Source: Candidatus Marinacidobacterales bacterium
GTDB lineage: Bacteria > Acidobacteriota > Vicinamibacteria > Marinacidobacterales > SMYC01
NCBI GenBank assembly: GCA_965224085.1
Contig: CBDCYI010000004.1
Span: 448,001-512,000 of the forward strand
Direction: 5' to 3'
DNA length: 64,000 bases
Under the pieces are notes generated by a model. The model had not been told where the DNA came from, searched no databases, and worked only from the letters and a program-made list of their open reading frames with translations. This document shows positions 29,288 to 41,542 of this stretch, piece after piece. Each line of letters opens with the position of its first letter. Position 1 is the stretch's first letter. The position numbers were made by a program, and so were the translations under genes.

Positions 29288-30367
29288 CTACTGGGAGACG
29301 ATGTCGAGAAGCATCGAGGGGGTAGCCGGCTCGGAAGCTGTAGCGCTGACTTCAACACGGCTTCCCGAAGGGAGTGGCACCGGCTCAGCGAGCCAATATT
29401 TGCGCGGCCAGTCGGAGCGCGGTTGATACAAGCGGATGAGGGCTTCGCGCGAGCCATCCGGTAGGACGAGCTCCGCGCTAAACGCGTCGATATCCTTCTC
29501 GAGTGTCGGCACGAGGGCTATGAGCTCGCCGGGACGCCCCATCGTGAGAGGCGAGCCCGCGTTCACGGCAACGGTCTCGACCAGCTTGGCGGCGTCGCCT
29601 TCGTGAAAATAAAGCGCGAGCGTGCTCTGATCAAAAACCGCCGAACCCTCATCGAGCCACGTTTTCTTGTAGTGCAGGCGCAGCCGGATCTCGGCGCCCG
29701 CAGGCACCCGCCACCCGATGCCGCTCGGAAGCGCCTGCGGCGTCTGCCCCGGGACCCACGTCGTGAGCGGCTCCGAGGCATTACCGAGCGTCATCGTCGC
29801 CGAACGGACGATGTTCGCACTTCCGGGCCGGAAGTCGATCGCACGCAACGTGCGATCCGCTCCGAGACCCGTCGCGAGAACGATCTCTTCGACGGCCTCC
29901 GAGCTATCCGCATCGAGCTCGAAGGCAGAAAGCATCGCGAGCTTGAGGTCGGGACTGCCGAGCGGCCATGAACGAGCATCGGCGCTCGGCGGGCTCGGCG
30001 AGTTCGTAGGGGGGTCCCCTTCCGGGCTTCCACCGAGACACCAATCGACGATCGTGTCCATCTCTTTCGCCGAAACAGCGCCACGATGTTTGAAAGCCCC
30101 GAATCGCTCGTCGACGAACCAGGGCGGCATCGAAAGGTTCAGTATTTCGTTCTTGATCGAGACGGCCCACGGGAAGGCCGAGTTGTAGGTCAGAAGCGAC
30201 ATCGGCGCCACGCCACCCGAGCGATGGCACGAGCCGCACTTCGCCGCGAAGATGGGATAGATGTCCTTGTTATAAGTGAACGTCGTCACGGTAGGCTTAT
30301 GGGCCCAAACAGGTATGGCGAAAGCAAGTGCGACAACGGTGAAGGCTGCCCGGCCTAGCCACCTCAT
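29288..30367 (-). CDS. Secreted cytochrome c domain fused to a PHM-like beta-sandwich
   Basis: CGSCH..GGVAPMSL, MPPW, WPLGSPDL, WVPGQ, LHY architecture. Confidence 0.8.
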   Translation of the reverse strand: MRWLGRAAFTVVALAFAIPVWAHKPTVTTFTYNKDIYPIFAAKCGSCHRSGGVAPMSLLTYNSAFPWAVSIKNEILNLSMPPWFVDERFGAFKHRGAVSAKEMDTIVDWCLGGSPEGDPPTNSPSPPSADARSWPLGSPDLKLAMLSAFELDADSSEAVEEIVLATGLGADRTLRAIDFRPGSANIVRSATMTLGNASEPLTTWVPGQTPQALPSGIGWRVPAGAEIRLRLHYKKTWLDEGSAVFDQSTLALYFHEGDAAKLVETVAVNAGSPLTMGRPGELIALVPTLEKDIDAFSAELVLPDGSREALIRLYQPRSDWPRKYWLAEPVPLPSGSRVEVSATASEPATPSMLLDIVSQ

Positions 30368-31488
30368 TCGTAAACGCTCCGAATGGCTTCCACCGCTTCG
30401 TCGAACAAGTCATAGGCCATATAGACTTTTTCTTTGTTCCCCAGATCTCCGTAGTCGTCGATGAGCCAAGCCGAGCGGACGAGCTGGCGAAGCGCCCACT
30501 GGAGCGACGCGCGGCGCGCGGCGGGCGCCTCCCCGAGATGTCGTTCGAGCGCGACCGCGAGATTTTTTGCGTCGAGCGCCGCCAAGTAGATCTGCGTGAA
30601 ATGACCCGCGGTCACGAGCTCGCGCACCCTCACGTTGCGCTCGGCGATAGCCGTGGCGATTCCGGCAGGGCTTTTGGGGATGACGAGCTCGCCGAGCGCG
30701 CTAGCCGTGGGCGCGATAATCTCAGCGTCCACCGAGATATCGGCAAAGATGAAGTCGAACCGATCGAAAACCTTTCTCTCGAACCGAACCTTTGCCGTGA
30801 CTTCGCGCGGCAAATCCGCGCTACCGATATGAGCTTCGAGATAAGTGCCGTCACAAGCAGCTAAAAGAGGATAGGCGAGCAACTCGCGCGTTTGCTTCGT
30901 GTCCGTATCGAAGACCTCTTTGAGCACGGCGCGGCCTTTGAACGCTTTCACGTTCAAGGGTTCCGAGAAATTGTTATACAGATAGACGCGAAAGACGCCC
31001 TCCTCGGGGTAAGTGCCTTCGAGATGGTGCCAATTATCCGGGGCCATGAAGAACATCCCGCCATGTTTCGGATTGTGGTCCTGATGCGGCCTCGTCGAAG
31101 TAGAAGGTTCGAGCGACATGTTACAAATGGGACAGCTCCCCGGCGCGACCTCGCTCACCTCCGGATGCATCGGGCAGGCGAACGTGACTTCCTCGGTGAT
31201 CAGGTAGAGCTCCCGGGCGCAAATCGGGCATTTCCCGGGCGCGCGCTCTGCGATCACCGAGTGTATGGGACAGCTCCAAGCTTGCTGAACGAGCGTCTGG
31301 ATTAGCTCACGCTCGCAAAACTCGCAATTCCCTGCCTCGCTCTCGGTGACGTCGCGGTGCACTGCGCACGTCCAGACGAGCTCGGGTTCAATCTCAATGG
31401 GCTCATTGGGCTCGTTTTCCTGCGCGGCAATGGGTGAGCTGAAACCCAGGGCTCCAATCAAAAGCCCGGCCAAAACACGCGCAATCAT
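30364..31488 (-). CDS. Secreted heavy-metal-binding-domain protein (three CPxH...CxxC repeats, His-rich)
   Basis: CAVH..CEFC, CPIH..CPIC, CPMHP..CPIC, then HQDHNPKHGG and WHHLEG. Confidence 0.8.
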   Translation of the reverse strand: MIARVLAGLLIGALGFSSPIAAQENEPNEPIEIEPELVWTCAVHRDVTESEAGNCEFCERELIQTLVQQAWSCPIHSVIAERAPGKCPICARELYLITEEVTFACPMHPEVSEVAPGSCPICNMSLEPSTSTRPHQDHNPKHGGMFFMAPDNWHHLEGTYPEEGVFRVYLYNNFSEPLNVKAFKGRAVLKEVFDTDTKQTRELLAYPLLAACDGTYLEAHIGSADLPREVTAKVRFERKVFDRFDFIFADISVDAEIIAPTASALGELVIPKSPAGIATAIAERNVRVRELVTAGHFTQIYLAALDAKNLAVALERHLGEAPAARRASLQWALRQLVRSAWLIDDYGDLGNKEKVYMAYDLFDEAVEAIRSVYE

Positions 31489-31533
31489 GTGACTCCAGAG
31501 CGGATCCTACCACGCGATGTTAGACTCCGCTCC

Positions 31534-31902
31534 ATGGAGCCTTACATTGCGAGAGCGGTCGAAGCCAACGAGCGCGTCACCGAAGAGCGCTGCCACATTC
31601 TCGAAACGGGGAACGACCCCCGGGACCCCGAGGTCGGCATCGCCCGGGCGCGGGTCGAGCCGGGTGTCACGACGGCGCTCCATCTGCTCTTGGTCGACGA
31701 GCGCTACGTCATTACGGAAGGCCGCGGCCGCATGGAAGTCGAAGGCCTCAAGCCGGCCGAAGTCGGGCCGGGAGATATCGTGGTCATTCCGAGGGGCTGC
31801 TCGCAACGCATCACCAACATTTCTGACCGCGATCTCGTTTTTTACTGCGTGTGCACGCCGCGCTTCGAGCTCGAGCACTACCGGGCACTAGCAGAGTGCT
31901 GA
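31534..31902 (+). CDS. Cupin-domain protein
   Basis: TEERCHILE, ARARVEPGVTTALH...ERY..EGRG, VGPGDIVVIP, CTPRF. Confidence 0.85.
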   Translation: MEPYIARAVEANERVTEERCHILETGNDPRDPEVGIARARVEPGVTTALHLLLVDERYVITEGRGRMEVEGLKPAEVGPGDIVVIPRGCSQRITNISDRDLVFYCVCTPRFELEHYRALAEC

Positions 31903-31910
31903 AAAAGTCA
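31888..31910. mobile_element. Orphan MITE/IS-like terminus at a CTAG site
   Basis: CTAGCAGAGTGCTGAAAAAGTC resembles IS-derived ends; no partner end found nearby. Confidence 0.35.
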
Positions 31911-31955
31911 TCTGCACCCTGGCGAGCGGAGCGAGCCCGGCCCGCCCCTTATTAA

Positions 31956-32145
31956 CCCTAATCGCAAAATCTTCGAAGCACGAAAACGCGAAACAGCCGC
32001 ACTTGGGCGCAGGCGAGAAGCTCGTGCTGGGGCACCCGCTCGCCGCCACTATAGGTGATTCTGCACGGTGTATGCAGAACCTGGAAAAGGTGCTATTCAC
32101 GGGGCCAAAGACCTCAGACACGGTGACGTTTATTTGCGATTAGGG
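31956..32145. mobile_element. 190-bp MITE with 13-bp perfect TIR and TTAA target duplication
   Basis: TTAA|CCCTAATCGCAAA ... TTTGCGATTAGGG|TTAA; no coding capacity. Confidence 0.75.
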
Positions 32146-32215
32146 TTAATGCCCCGACGACACGCCGGGCGAGCTCGGCGCAAGGTCAAGAGAGAGCGAG
32201 CATTGAGCAGTAACG

Positions 32216-33510
32216 TTAACGGCTCGCAATCTCTATCTTCGATTGGATCTTCGCGATGAGATTGGCGCACTGCGTCAAGAAGATGTGAAAGACTCGGTCG
32301 CCACGCAAATCTTCGTGAGAAAGCTCCTCGAGCGCCTTCAGCTTGATGGTCGTGACTGCGTCCAAATAGTCCTTGAGCTCGGTCGAGCTCTCGGTATTCA
32401 TCTGCGCCCGCTCGATTCGGATCGTCTCATCCAAGAGCCTATCGAGGCGCTCCTTGAGCTCTTGAAGCGCGCGCTCCTCCTCTTTTCGCTTGCTGTCGCG
32501 ATAGCTGGACCAGAGCAAATAGAGCCCGGCCGCAAGTGCGAAAAGAAGCTCTTTCATCGCCGCGAGAGATTCCATGAAGCTCGCGAGCAGCTCGATGCCT
32601 TCGTAAGGACGGAAATAGGCCCGCGCGAGGGGGTGCAATGGAATGAGGCGCCATTGCTCTGCCTCGCTCGCTTTGATCAACGTCACGAACTGGAAACGAA
32701 GGTCGCTTTCGAAAAGCGTTTCGAGAGTGTGATAATGGACGAGGAGCTGCGAGGCGTCGTCGCGCACAACGAGTAGCGCCGTGGTGGCGATGGTCGTCGT
32801 GTCGGCCGATGGGATCGACGGCCGCTCATGATAGAGACCACGCGGGATCTCGGCCTCGAAGAAAAAGGCGTGACGAAGCGACAACGCGGCAGCGTCCTCC
32901 ACGGAGAGAAGGTCGAACGACGCATCGGACCATAGCGGCTCGAGCGTGCGGCTGAGGAGGCCAGTCGTTACCATCGCGGCGTCGATGGAGTCGTCGGCGA
33001 GAAGCGCTTCGACCGAGCCGTCCACAATGTCGGTGCTCTGCGCGTCGATTCGATAGTGATCGAGCACCCTCAGCGCGTCTTGCCGCATCGCCGATCCGGG
33101 CTCTCCGAGCGCAATACGTGCACCATCGAGATCCGCCACGGACGCAATACCTGAGCTGCGACGCACGACGACGTGCAAGAACTCGGAGAAGAGCGGCGAC
33201 AGCACACCAATACCATCCACCGGAAACGCGCTCGCTTCGATGATCGCGAGGTCCGCGTCACCTTCGACGAGAAGCTTCAAGTTGTCGAGCGAGCCCCCCG
33301 TTTGCACGATCTCGACAGGCCGTCGCACCGATTCTTCGAGATATCGTGAGAGAGCGTTTCCGATGTCGAAGTAAAAGCTCCCGCGCGACGCGGTCGCGAT
33401 CCGGATCGTATCGGGCAGCCTTTCGCGCGTCCAATACCACGTCGCAAGGCACGCCATCGCGATGAAAGCAGCAATAGCACCGACGGACTTATCAGAGTTT
33501 GTGTCTTCAC
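32216..33510 (-). CDS. TAXI-family TRAP solute-binding protein with TM anchor and C-terminal coiled coil (start uncertain; possible 5' frameshift)
   Basis: IRIATASRGSFY, TGGSLDNL, LFSEFLHVVVR, ALGEPGS, IPLHP. Confidence 0.75.
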
Positions 33511-33561
33511 ACCCTAAACCTATCGCGGCCATGACCGCGTGAAAAGCGCAAAACAAATCCG

Positions 33562-33600
33562 TTGACAATGACGGCACAAAGATTTATACAACTTGGTATA
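33562..33600 (+). promoter_or_regulatory. Orphan sigma70 promoter with palindrome
   Basis: TTGACA-N17-TATACA; TATAC-AACTTG-GTATA. A downstream AGGAGG+GTG opens only 13 codons. Confidence 0.55.
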
Positions 33601-33816
33601 GCTGCGATGTTGCAGCTCAGCTAGGAGGCACTGAGTGACGTCTCCACCTGACGGGCCACGGCCCGCGGAACGCTAGAGAGTCGAAAGATTTTCCGGCTTC
33701 CGACGGGCCCATCCTACGACCGGGCTTGCGTAGGTTCCGTAAGAACGCGCCCACTCGCACGACGCCGCGCGGCGTAGTCAGAGGGCCAAGAGCCCTAAAG
33801 GCTCCAGGGAACTTTA

Positions 33817-34506
33817 CTAGCCCACTCCATCGAACTGCCACCGGCATTGCCGAGTCGGTGACTGCACAGCTTGGTGCAGCGCTTCGAGATATACACGGCG
33901 CGGCCATGCTCTTGCGCCGAAGCGCGCGAGGTGCTCGGTGTAGATTTGGCAGTCGATAAGTGTGAGACCCCAGGCATCGAGCTGTTCGACGAGGGCGACG
34001 AAGCCGACTTTCGATGCATCGCTCGCACTCGTGAACATCGACTCGCCGAAATAGGCGGCTCCAATCGAAACGCCGTAGAGTCCCCCAACGAGCTCTCCTT
34101 GACTCCACACTTCGACGGAGTGCGCGAACCCGAGTCGGTGTAGCTCACCATACGCAATTTTCATTTCCTCCGTGATCCACGTGCCGCCGTGTCCGGCGCG
34201 CGCAACGGTAGCACAGCCTTCCATTACTCGAGCGAAAGCTTCGTCCATCGTGAGCTCGAACCGACCGCTCTTGACCGTGCGCCGGAGACTTCGAGGCATA
34301 CGGAACTGGTCGCTCGTGAGGACGAATCTTGGGTCCGGAGAGTGCCAAAGGATCGGCTCCCCTTCCGAGTACCACGGAAAAATGCCTTCGGCGTAGGCGC
34401 GCAAAAGCCGCGCCGGCCTAAGATCGCCCCCGACCGCGAGAAGGCCGTCCTCGGCTTCCTCGACCGGAGGGAATACAATGTCGCTCCCGAGCCGGTAGAC
34501 GGTCAT
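33817..34506 (-). CDS. aat: Leucyl/phenylalanyl-tRNA--protein transferase
   Basis: GLLAVGGDL, AYAEGIFPW, GTWIT, AHSVEVW, GGLYG, FGESMF, DASKV. Confidence 0.95.
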   Translation of the reverse strand: MTVYRLGSDIVFPPVEEAEDGLLAVGGDLRPARLLRAYAEGIFPWYSEGEPILWHSPDPRFVLTSDQFRMPRSLRRTVKSGRFELTMDEAFARVMEGCATVARAGHGGTWITEEMKIAYGELHRLGFAHSVEVWSQGELVGGLYGVSIGAAYFGESMFTSASDASKVGFVALVEQLDAWGLTLIDCQIYTEHLARFGARAWPRRVYLEALHQAVQSPTRQCRWQFDGVG

Positions 34507-34520
34507 GCGCGACGCGCGCC

Positions 34521-36821
<2,301 letters not shown>

Positions 36822-36827
36822 AAGTGT

Positions 36828-37142
36828 TTATTCCGGCTCCATGCTGCAGCGGAGAGGATGCCCCGCCTCGTTCGCGGTATCGTGGGTCATGGCGACCTTG
36901 GTCTCCGCGACATCATAAGGATAGACGCCCGCTACACCGATTCCTCCAATGTGGACATTCATCATCACCCGATAGGCTTCCGCGGGCGATTTGTTGAAAA
37001 TCATCTCCAAGATCACTACAACGAAATCCATCGTTGTGTAATCGTCATTGTGGATGAGAACTTTATAGAGCTTCGGCTTGTCGGTTCTCTGGCGCATCTT
37101 CTCGAGAACTTCGCCTTGCCGCTTTTTGTCGGTCTCACCCAT
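36828..37142 (-). CDS. clpS: Clp protease adaptor ClpS
   Basis: YKVLIHNDDYTTMDFVV, VH..G, AETK, PLRCSME. Confidence 0.95.
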   Translation of the reverse strand: MGETDKKRQGEVLEKMRQRTDKPKLYKVLIHNDDYTTMDFVVVILEMIFNKSPAEAYRVMMNVHIGGIGVAGVYPYDVAETKVAMTHDTANEAGHPLRCSMEPE

Positions 37143-37197
37143 CACCCTATTGTAGAGCCAGGCTAGCGGAGGCACCAACCTCGTGGCGGGCGCGCGG

Positions 37198-37345
37198 CTA
37201 GCGTGTGTGCGGCTGCCATCTCTCCGTCAATCCGTCGCCCATCAAGTTAATCGTGATCGCGATGGCGAAAATAGCGAGGTCGGGAAACGCGGTCGCCCAC
37301 GCATGGTTACTGGGCCACGTGTCACTGACATGACGCTCGGCTATC
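37198..37345 (-). pseudogene. Peptide ABC permease (DppC/OppC-like) C-terminal remnant
   Basis: WATAFPDLAIFAIAITINLMGDGLTERWQP matches FPGLAI...NLLGDGLRD..DP. Confidence 0.7.
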
Positions 37346-37458
37346 TTATCCGGAATCGTGCGTAACTTCTGAGCCGTTGTTTGGGCGAGAACTTGCCTCC
37401 AAGGCGAGGGTGAGACGACAGCGTCGGCTGACGGTCGAGTTGCACAACGTGTCAGATT

Positions 37459-37490
37459 AACACATAATACGTGCACACAGTCTATGTGTT
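37459..37490. promoter_or_regulatory. Operator palindrome upstream of the TA operon
   Basis: AACACATA-N16-TATGTGTT. Confidence 0.5.
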
Positions 37491-37500
37491 CGAGGTTTAC

Positions 37501-37728
37501 ATGAACATCACGCTATCGGCAGACGAAGCCGTGATCAAACAGGCCCGCAAGAGAGCGGAGGCCATGGGCAAGAGCCTCAATCAGCTGGTTCGAGAGTACT
37601 TACAACAGCTCGCGGGCGGGACCGACGTCGATGATGACATCAAGGCGTTACGTCGGCTGACGGAGGAGGGTCGCGGACGCTCGGCTGGTTGGCGTTTCAA
37701 CCGAGAAGAAATCCATGAGCGATCGTAG
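37501..37728 (+). CDS. Ribbon-helix-helix antitoxin (VapB-like)
   Basis: MNITLSADEAVIKQAR..A...GKSLNQLVREYL...WRFNREEIHER; overlaps the PIN gene. Confidence 0.85.
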   Translation: MNITLSADEAVIKQARKRAEAMGKSLNQLVREYLQQLAGGTDVDDDIKALRRLTEEGRGRSAGWRFNREEIHERS

Positions 37729-38128
37729 TTTCTTCGACACCAATGTCCTGACCTACTCGGACGACCACGACGCTCCTGACAAGCAGGCAACCGCTCTCAA
37801 CCTCATAGAGCAATCCCGCCGGGCCAAAAGCGGAGTACTCTCGACACAAGTTCTGCAGGAGTATTTTGTGACGGCGACGAGGAAGCTCGGCGTACCCGCT
37901 CCGGTAGCAAAGGAAAAGGTGCGTATTTTTTCGCATTTTGCAGTCGTGTTCGTCAGCGTGGACGACGTTCTCGCCGCCATCGATCTTCACCAACTTCACA
38001 AACTCAATTTCTGGGATGGCCTTATCGTCCGCGCCGCTTTGTCGAGCGGCTGCAGTGTTGTCTTCACGGAGGATATGCAGCACGGCCGTCGCTTCGACGG
38101 CCTTCAGATCGTGAATCCTTTTATCTGA
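37715..38128 (+). CDS. PIN-domain toxin (VapC-like)
   Basis: FFDTNVL, STQVLQE, FWDGLI, TED, VNPF. Confidence 0.9.
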   Translation: MSDRSFFDTNVLTYSDDHDAPDKQATALNLIEQSRRAKSGVLSTQVLQEYFVTATRKLGVPAPVAKEKVRIFSHFAVVFVSVDDVLAAIDLHQLHKLNFWDGLIVRAALSSGCSVVFTEDMQHGRRFDGLQIVNPFI

Positions 38129-38197
38129 CGTTGGCGCTCGAGGTGACGGGTGTCCAACAACGGCAACCCGGATCCGGTTGGGGAATCCGCGTGCTTC

Positions 38198-38423
38198 CTA
38201 GTCCGCGTAGTCCGGCTCTTCGCGATCGAGAATGCGCATCGCCATCGACGACGAGAAGGCGGCTCGCGCGGACTTCAGACCAGTGGAGGCCGTGGAGGTT
38301 CGCGAGGAAGCGTTCCGATTCCCCTGGCACGCGTAGCGTGAAGTGATTCGATATGCCTTCGTTTAAACCGAAGCGCTCACCGAGCCAATAGGCGGCCGCG
38401 CGCTCACGTCGCGCGGTGTTCAA
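38198..38423 (-). pseudogene. Class II aldolase/adducin head-and-tail remnant
   Basis: FGLNEGISNHFTLRVPG..RFLAN.HGLHWSEVRASRLLVVD joined out of frame to MRILDREEPDYAD*. Confidence 0.8.
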
Positions 38424-41400
38424 GGGAAGCTTTTCCGGAACGCAGGCACGTCTTCCTCTAATAGCTTCCGATACTCTTCGCGGACTTCGTCGAGGCGTTT
38501 CGTCAAAATCGCGTGCACTTCGAGCTGTTGATCGGTCGGGCGAAAATCGGCGCTGTCGTGGCCGACGTCGTTTCCGAGCGCGCCGAGCCTTCCGTAGAGC
38601 TTCATCGGGGCGCGAAACGCGTCTTCACGCGCCCCGGTCAAGTTGACGTCGAAGAGCTTCCCTTCCACCGACACGGCATAAGTCGAAAGCTCCTCCGCAT
38701 TGCTCACGATGGTCGTCATCCCCTCGCGCTCGCCGTAGCGCTCCACGAGGTCGAGAAGCTCTTTGCGCGTCCATTCGAGCTCGTCGATCATGTCGACAAC
38801 ATCGTTCAACTGGTTTCGGATCTCGAGTGACAGCGCCGCTTGCGCTTCGAGATCCGCTTGGGTTCCGGTCGAGTGCGGGTCTTTACGCACCTCGAGCGGT
38901 ACCTGCGTCACATCGTCTCCGACCAACAGACGCACGGTGTACATGCCCGGCACCGCGAGCGGACCCCGGTAGCCCGGGAAGAGATCTAGGTCCCACGTGC
39001 GCAGACGTCGCCAGCCTTCTTCACCAATCGGAACCCAGTCGTGATCGGGTGGCGGCGTCCGGAGCTTCGCCTCACGCGATTTTTCGTGACGCAGGTCCCA
39101 CCATACACGCTGAAGTCCTTCCGACCCGCTCGTGTCGAGCTTGCGAATCGTTTCTCCCGCAGCGTTGACGATCTCGATTTTCACGCCGTCATCCTCCACC
39201 TTCTCGGCAAGGTGGTAGTGGATGGAAGCCCCGTACGGGGGGTTGCGCCCTGATACCTGACTCCCGCTCTCCGTCTTGATGCCTTTCGTCGCGCGGAAGC
39301 GGTACGCGGGCCGCGGCTCGAAAAGATGCACGTCTTTTTCGAGAAAAGACGGCTCGAGCGCTCTGAGCGGCGTGAGGTCGTCGAGGATGTAGAAGCCCCG
39401 GCCATAAGTCGCGACGACGAGATCCGCGAAGTGCTCTTGGACCGTCAACCAGTAGATCGGCGCGGGAGGCATGTTCGTCCGCAGCGACGTCCAGTGCTCC
39501 CCGTCATCCAAAGTGACATAAACCTGGTTGTCCGTCCCCGCATAGAGCATGCCGCGGCGCTCAGGATCTTCACGAACGACGTGAACGAAGCTGAAGACCG
39601 ACTCGGGAATGCCATCGCTGATGCGCTCGAAGCTCTCGCCGTAATCGGTCGTCTTATAGATGTAGGGCGCGAAGTCGCCATCTTGGTGGTTGCTGAAAGC
39701 GACATAGGCCGCCCCGCCGTCGTAGCGTGAAGGCTCGATCGCTTTCACCCAGCTCTCGACATACAAGCTCTCGATGTTCTTCGACACGTTCGTCCAGCTT
39801 TCGCCGCCATTGTGCGATACGTGCACTTGCCCGTCGACGCTCCCCGTCCAAATCACACCTTCCTCGACGGGCGATTCCGCGATCGAAAAGAGAACGGAGC
39901 CGTCGAACGTATAGAGGTTGTCGATCGTCAGGCCGCCGCCCGAGTCCTCCTGACGTGTCTTGTCGTTCGTTGTCAGGTCAGGGCTGAACTCACGCCAACT
40001 TTGTCCCGCATCCGTAGTGACGTGAACGTGCTGGCTTCCAACGTAGACCTTCTCGTGATTGTGCGGCGAGATATGAAGCGGAAAATTCCAGTGCCACCGA
40101 TACTTCACTTCAGCGGGCGCCCAGCCGTAGGACGCTTCCGGCCACACCCGTACGTCGCGCCACTGGCCGCTGCGCCGGTCGTAACGCTCGAGCCCGCCGT
40201 CGTAGCAGCCTGACCAAACGATGTTGTCGTCTTCGGGGTCGGGCGTGGCCCAACCGCTTTCGCAGCCCGCCACATCGTGCCACATCCCGAGCGGGATGCT
40301 CCCGCCGGCACGGCTATTGCTCGGCCCTCGATAGGAGTAGCCGTCCTGGCGGTTGCCGTAGACGTAATAGGGCACCTGGTCGTCGACGCTCACGTGATAC
40401 ATCTGCGCGACCGGGAGCACGATGCGCTGAAACGTCTTTCCCCGGTTCAAGCTGATGCTCGCGCCGCCATCATGCGCGACAAGGATGCGGTCCGCGTTCA
40501 GCGGATCGATCCACACGTCGTGATTGTCGCCGCCGCCGCGCGGTGGATTGTCGACGATACTCTCCCCACCATCCACCGACATGCTGAATCGGACCGATGC
40601 GATATAAAGTCTATCGGCGTCGTCCGGCGAGACGGCAAAGCGGGTGTAATAGGGCGCGCGCTCGTTGAGCGTGTGGTTGTTGCTGACGAGCTTCCAGTCG
40701 TCACCGCCATTCGTCGAGCGGTAGAAGCCGGGGCTCGTGTCCTCGGTCAGAACGTACCAACGATCCGGTTCCGACTGCGCGATGGCGACGGCAATCTTTC
40801 CGAGTGGATGGCTCTCGCCCCCGGGAAGACCTTTGTCTTCGCCGGAAAGTTTCTCCCACGTGGTGCCGCCGTCTTTCGAGCGATAGATACCGCTCCCTGG
40901 CCCGCCACTCACGAGACCCGACGTGTTGATCTGCATCTGCCACATCCCCGCGAGCAGGATGCGCGGGTTCGTCGGGTCCATCGCGATATCGGAGCACCCC
41001 GTCTTCTCGTCCACGAAGAGCACTTGCTCCCACGTCGCACCGCCATCCGTGGTGCGGTAGACGCCGCGCTCGGGCTGCGGCGCATAGAGGTGACCCGCCG
41101 CGCAAGCGACGGCGACGTCAGGATCCGTCGGGCTCACGACGAGACGGCCGATACGGCCCGTTTTCCCGAGCCCGACATGGGCCCATGTTTCACCCGCATC
41201 GGTCGAACGGTACACGCCGTTTCCCATCGCAAGCGCCGGGCGAATGACGAAGGTCTCGCCGGTGCCCGCCCACACGACGTTCGGGTCCGAAGGTGCCATC
41301 GCGATCGAGCCGACCGAAGCAACATCGACATCATCGAAGATAGGCGACCAACGCAAGCCGCCATCGGTCGTCTTCCAAATGCCACCCGAAGCCGCGCCGA

Positions 41401-41542
41401 TATACACGACGGCGTTGTTTCCCGGCTCGCCGGCAATCGCGATCGTGCGGTTGCCGTCAGGTCCGATATAGCGATAGGAGAGCTCCGAGAGAAGCTCGGG
41501 ATCCAGAGCTTGAGTAAGAATCATCACGGCGAGTAGGTGCAT
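38420..41542 (-). CDS. VPS10/BNR-repeat glycosyl hydrolase-like secreted protein
   Basis: Many S/TxDGGxTW Asp-box repeats, DLVVATYGRG. Confidence 0.9.
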   Translation of the reverse strand: MHLLAVMILTQALDPELLSELSYRYIGPDGNRTIAIAGEPGNNAVVYIGAASGGIWKTTDGGLRWSPIFDDVDVASVGSIAMAPSDPNVVWAGTGETFVIRPALAMGNGVYRSTDAGETWAHVGLGKTGRIGRLVVSPTDPDVAVACAAGHLYAPQPERGVYRTTDGGATWEQVLFVDEKTGCSDIAMDPTNPRILLAGMWQMQINTSGLVSGGPGSGIYRSKDGGTTWEKLSGEDKGLPGGESHPLGKIAVAIAQSEPDRWYVLTEDTSPGFYRSTNGGDDWKLVSNNHTLNERAPYYTRFAVSPDDADRLYIASVRFSMSVDGGESIVDNPPRGGGDNHDVWIDPLNADRILVAHDGGASISLNRGKTFQRIVLPVAQMYHVSVDDQVPYYVYGNRQDGYSYRGPSNSRAGGSIPLGMWHDVAGCESGWATPDPEDDNIVWSGCYDGGLERYDRRSGQWRDVRVWPEASYGWAPAEVKYRWHWNFPLHISPHNHEKVYVGSQHVHVTTDAGQSWREFSPDLTTNDKTRQEDSGGGLTIDNLYTFDGSVLFSIAESPVEEGVIWTGSVDGQVHVSHNGGESWTNVSKNIESLYVESWVKAIEPSRYDGGAAYVAFSNHQDGDFAPYIYKTTDYGESFERISDGIPESVFSFVHVVREDPERRGMLYAGTDNQVYVTLDDGEHWTSLRTNMPPAPIYWLTVQEHFADLVVATYGRGFYILDDLTPLRALEPSFLEKDVHLFEPRPAYRFRATKGIKTESGSQVSGRNPPYGASIHYHLAEKVEDDGVKIEIVNAAGETIRKLDTSGSEGLQRVWWDLRHEKSREAKLRTPPPDHDWVPIGEEGWRRLRTWDLDLFPGYRGPLAVPGMYTVRLLVGDDVTQVPLEVRKDPHSTGTQADLEAQAALSLEIRNQLNDVVDMIDELEWTRKELLDLVERYGEREGMTTIVSNAEELSTYAVSVEGKLFDVNLTGAREDAFRAPMKLYGRLGALGNDVGHDSADFRPTDQQLEVHAILTKRLDEVREEYRKLLEEDVPAFRKSFP

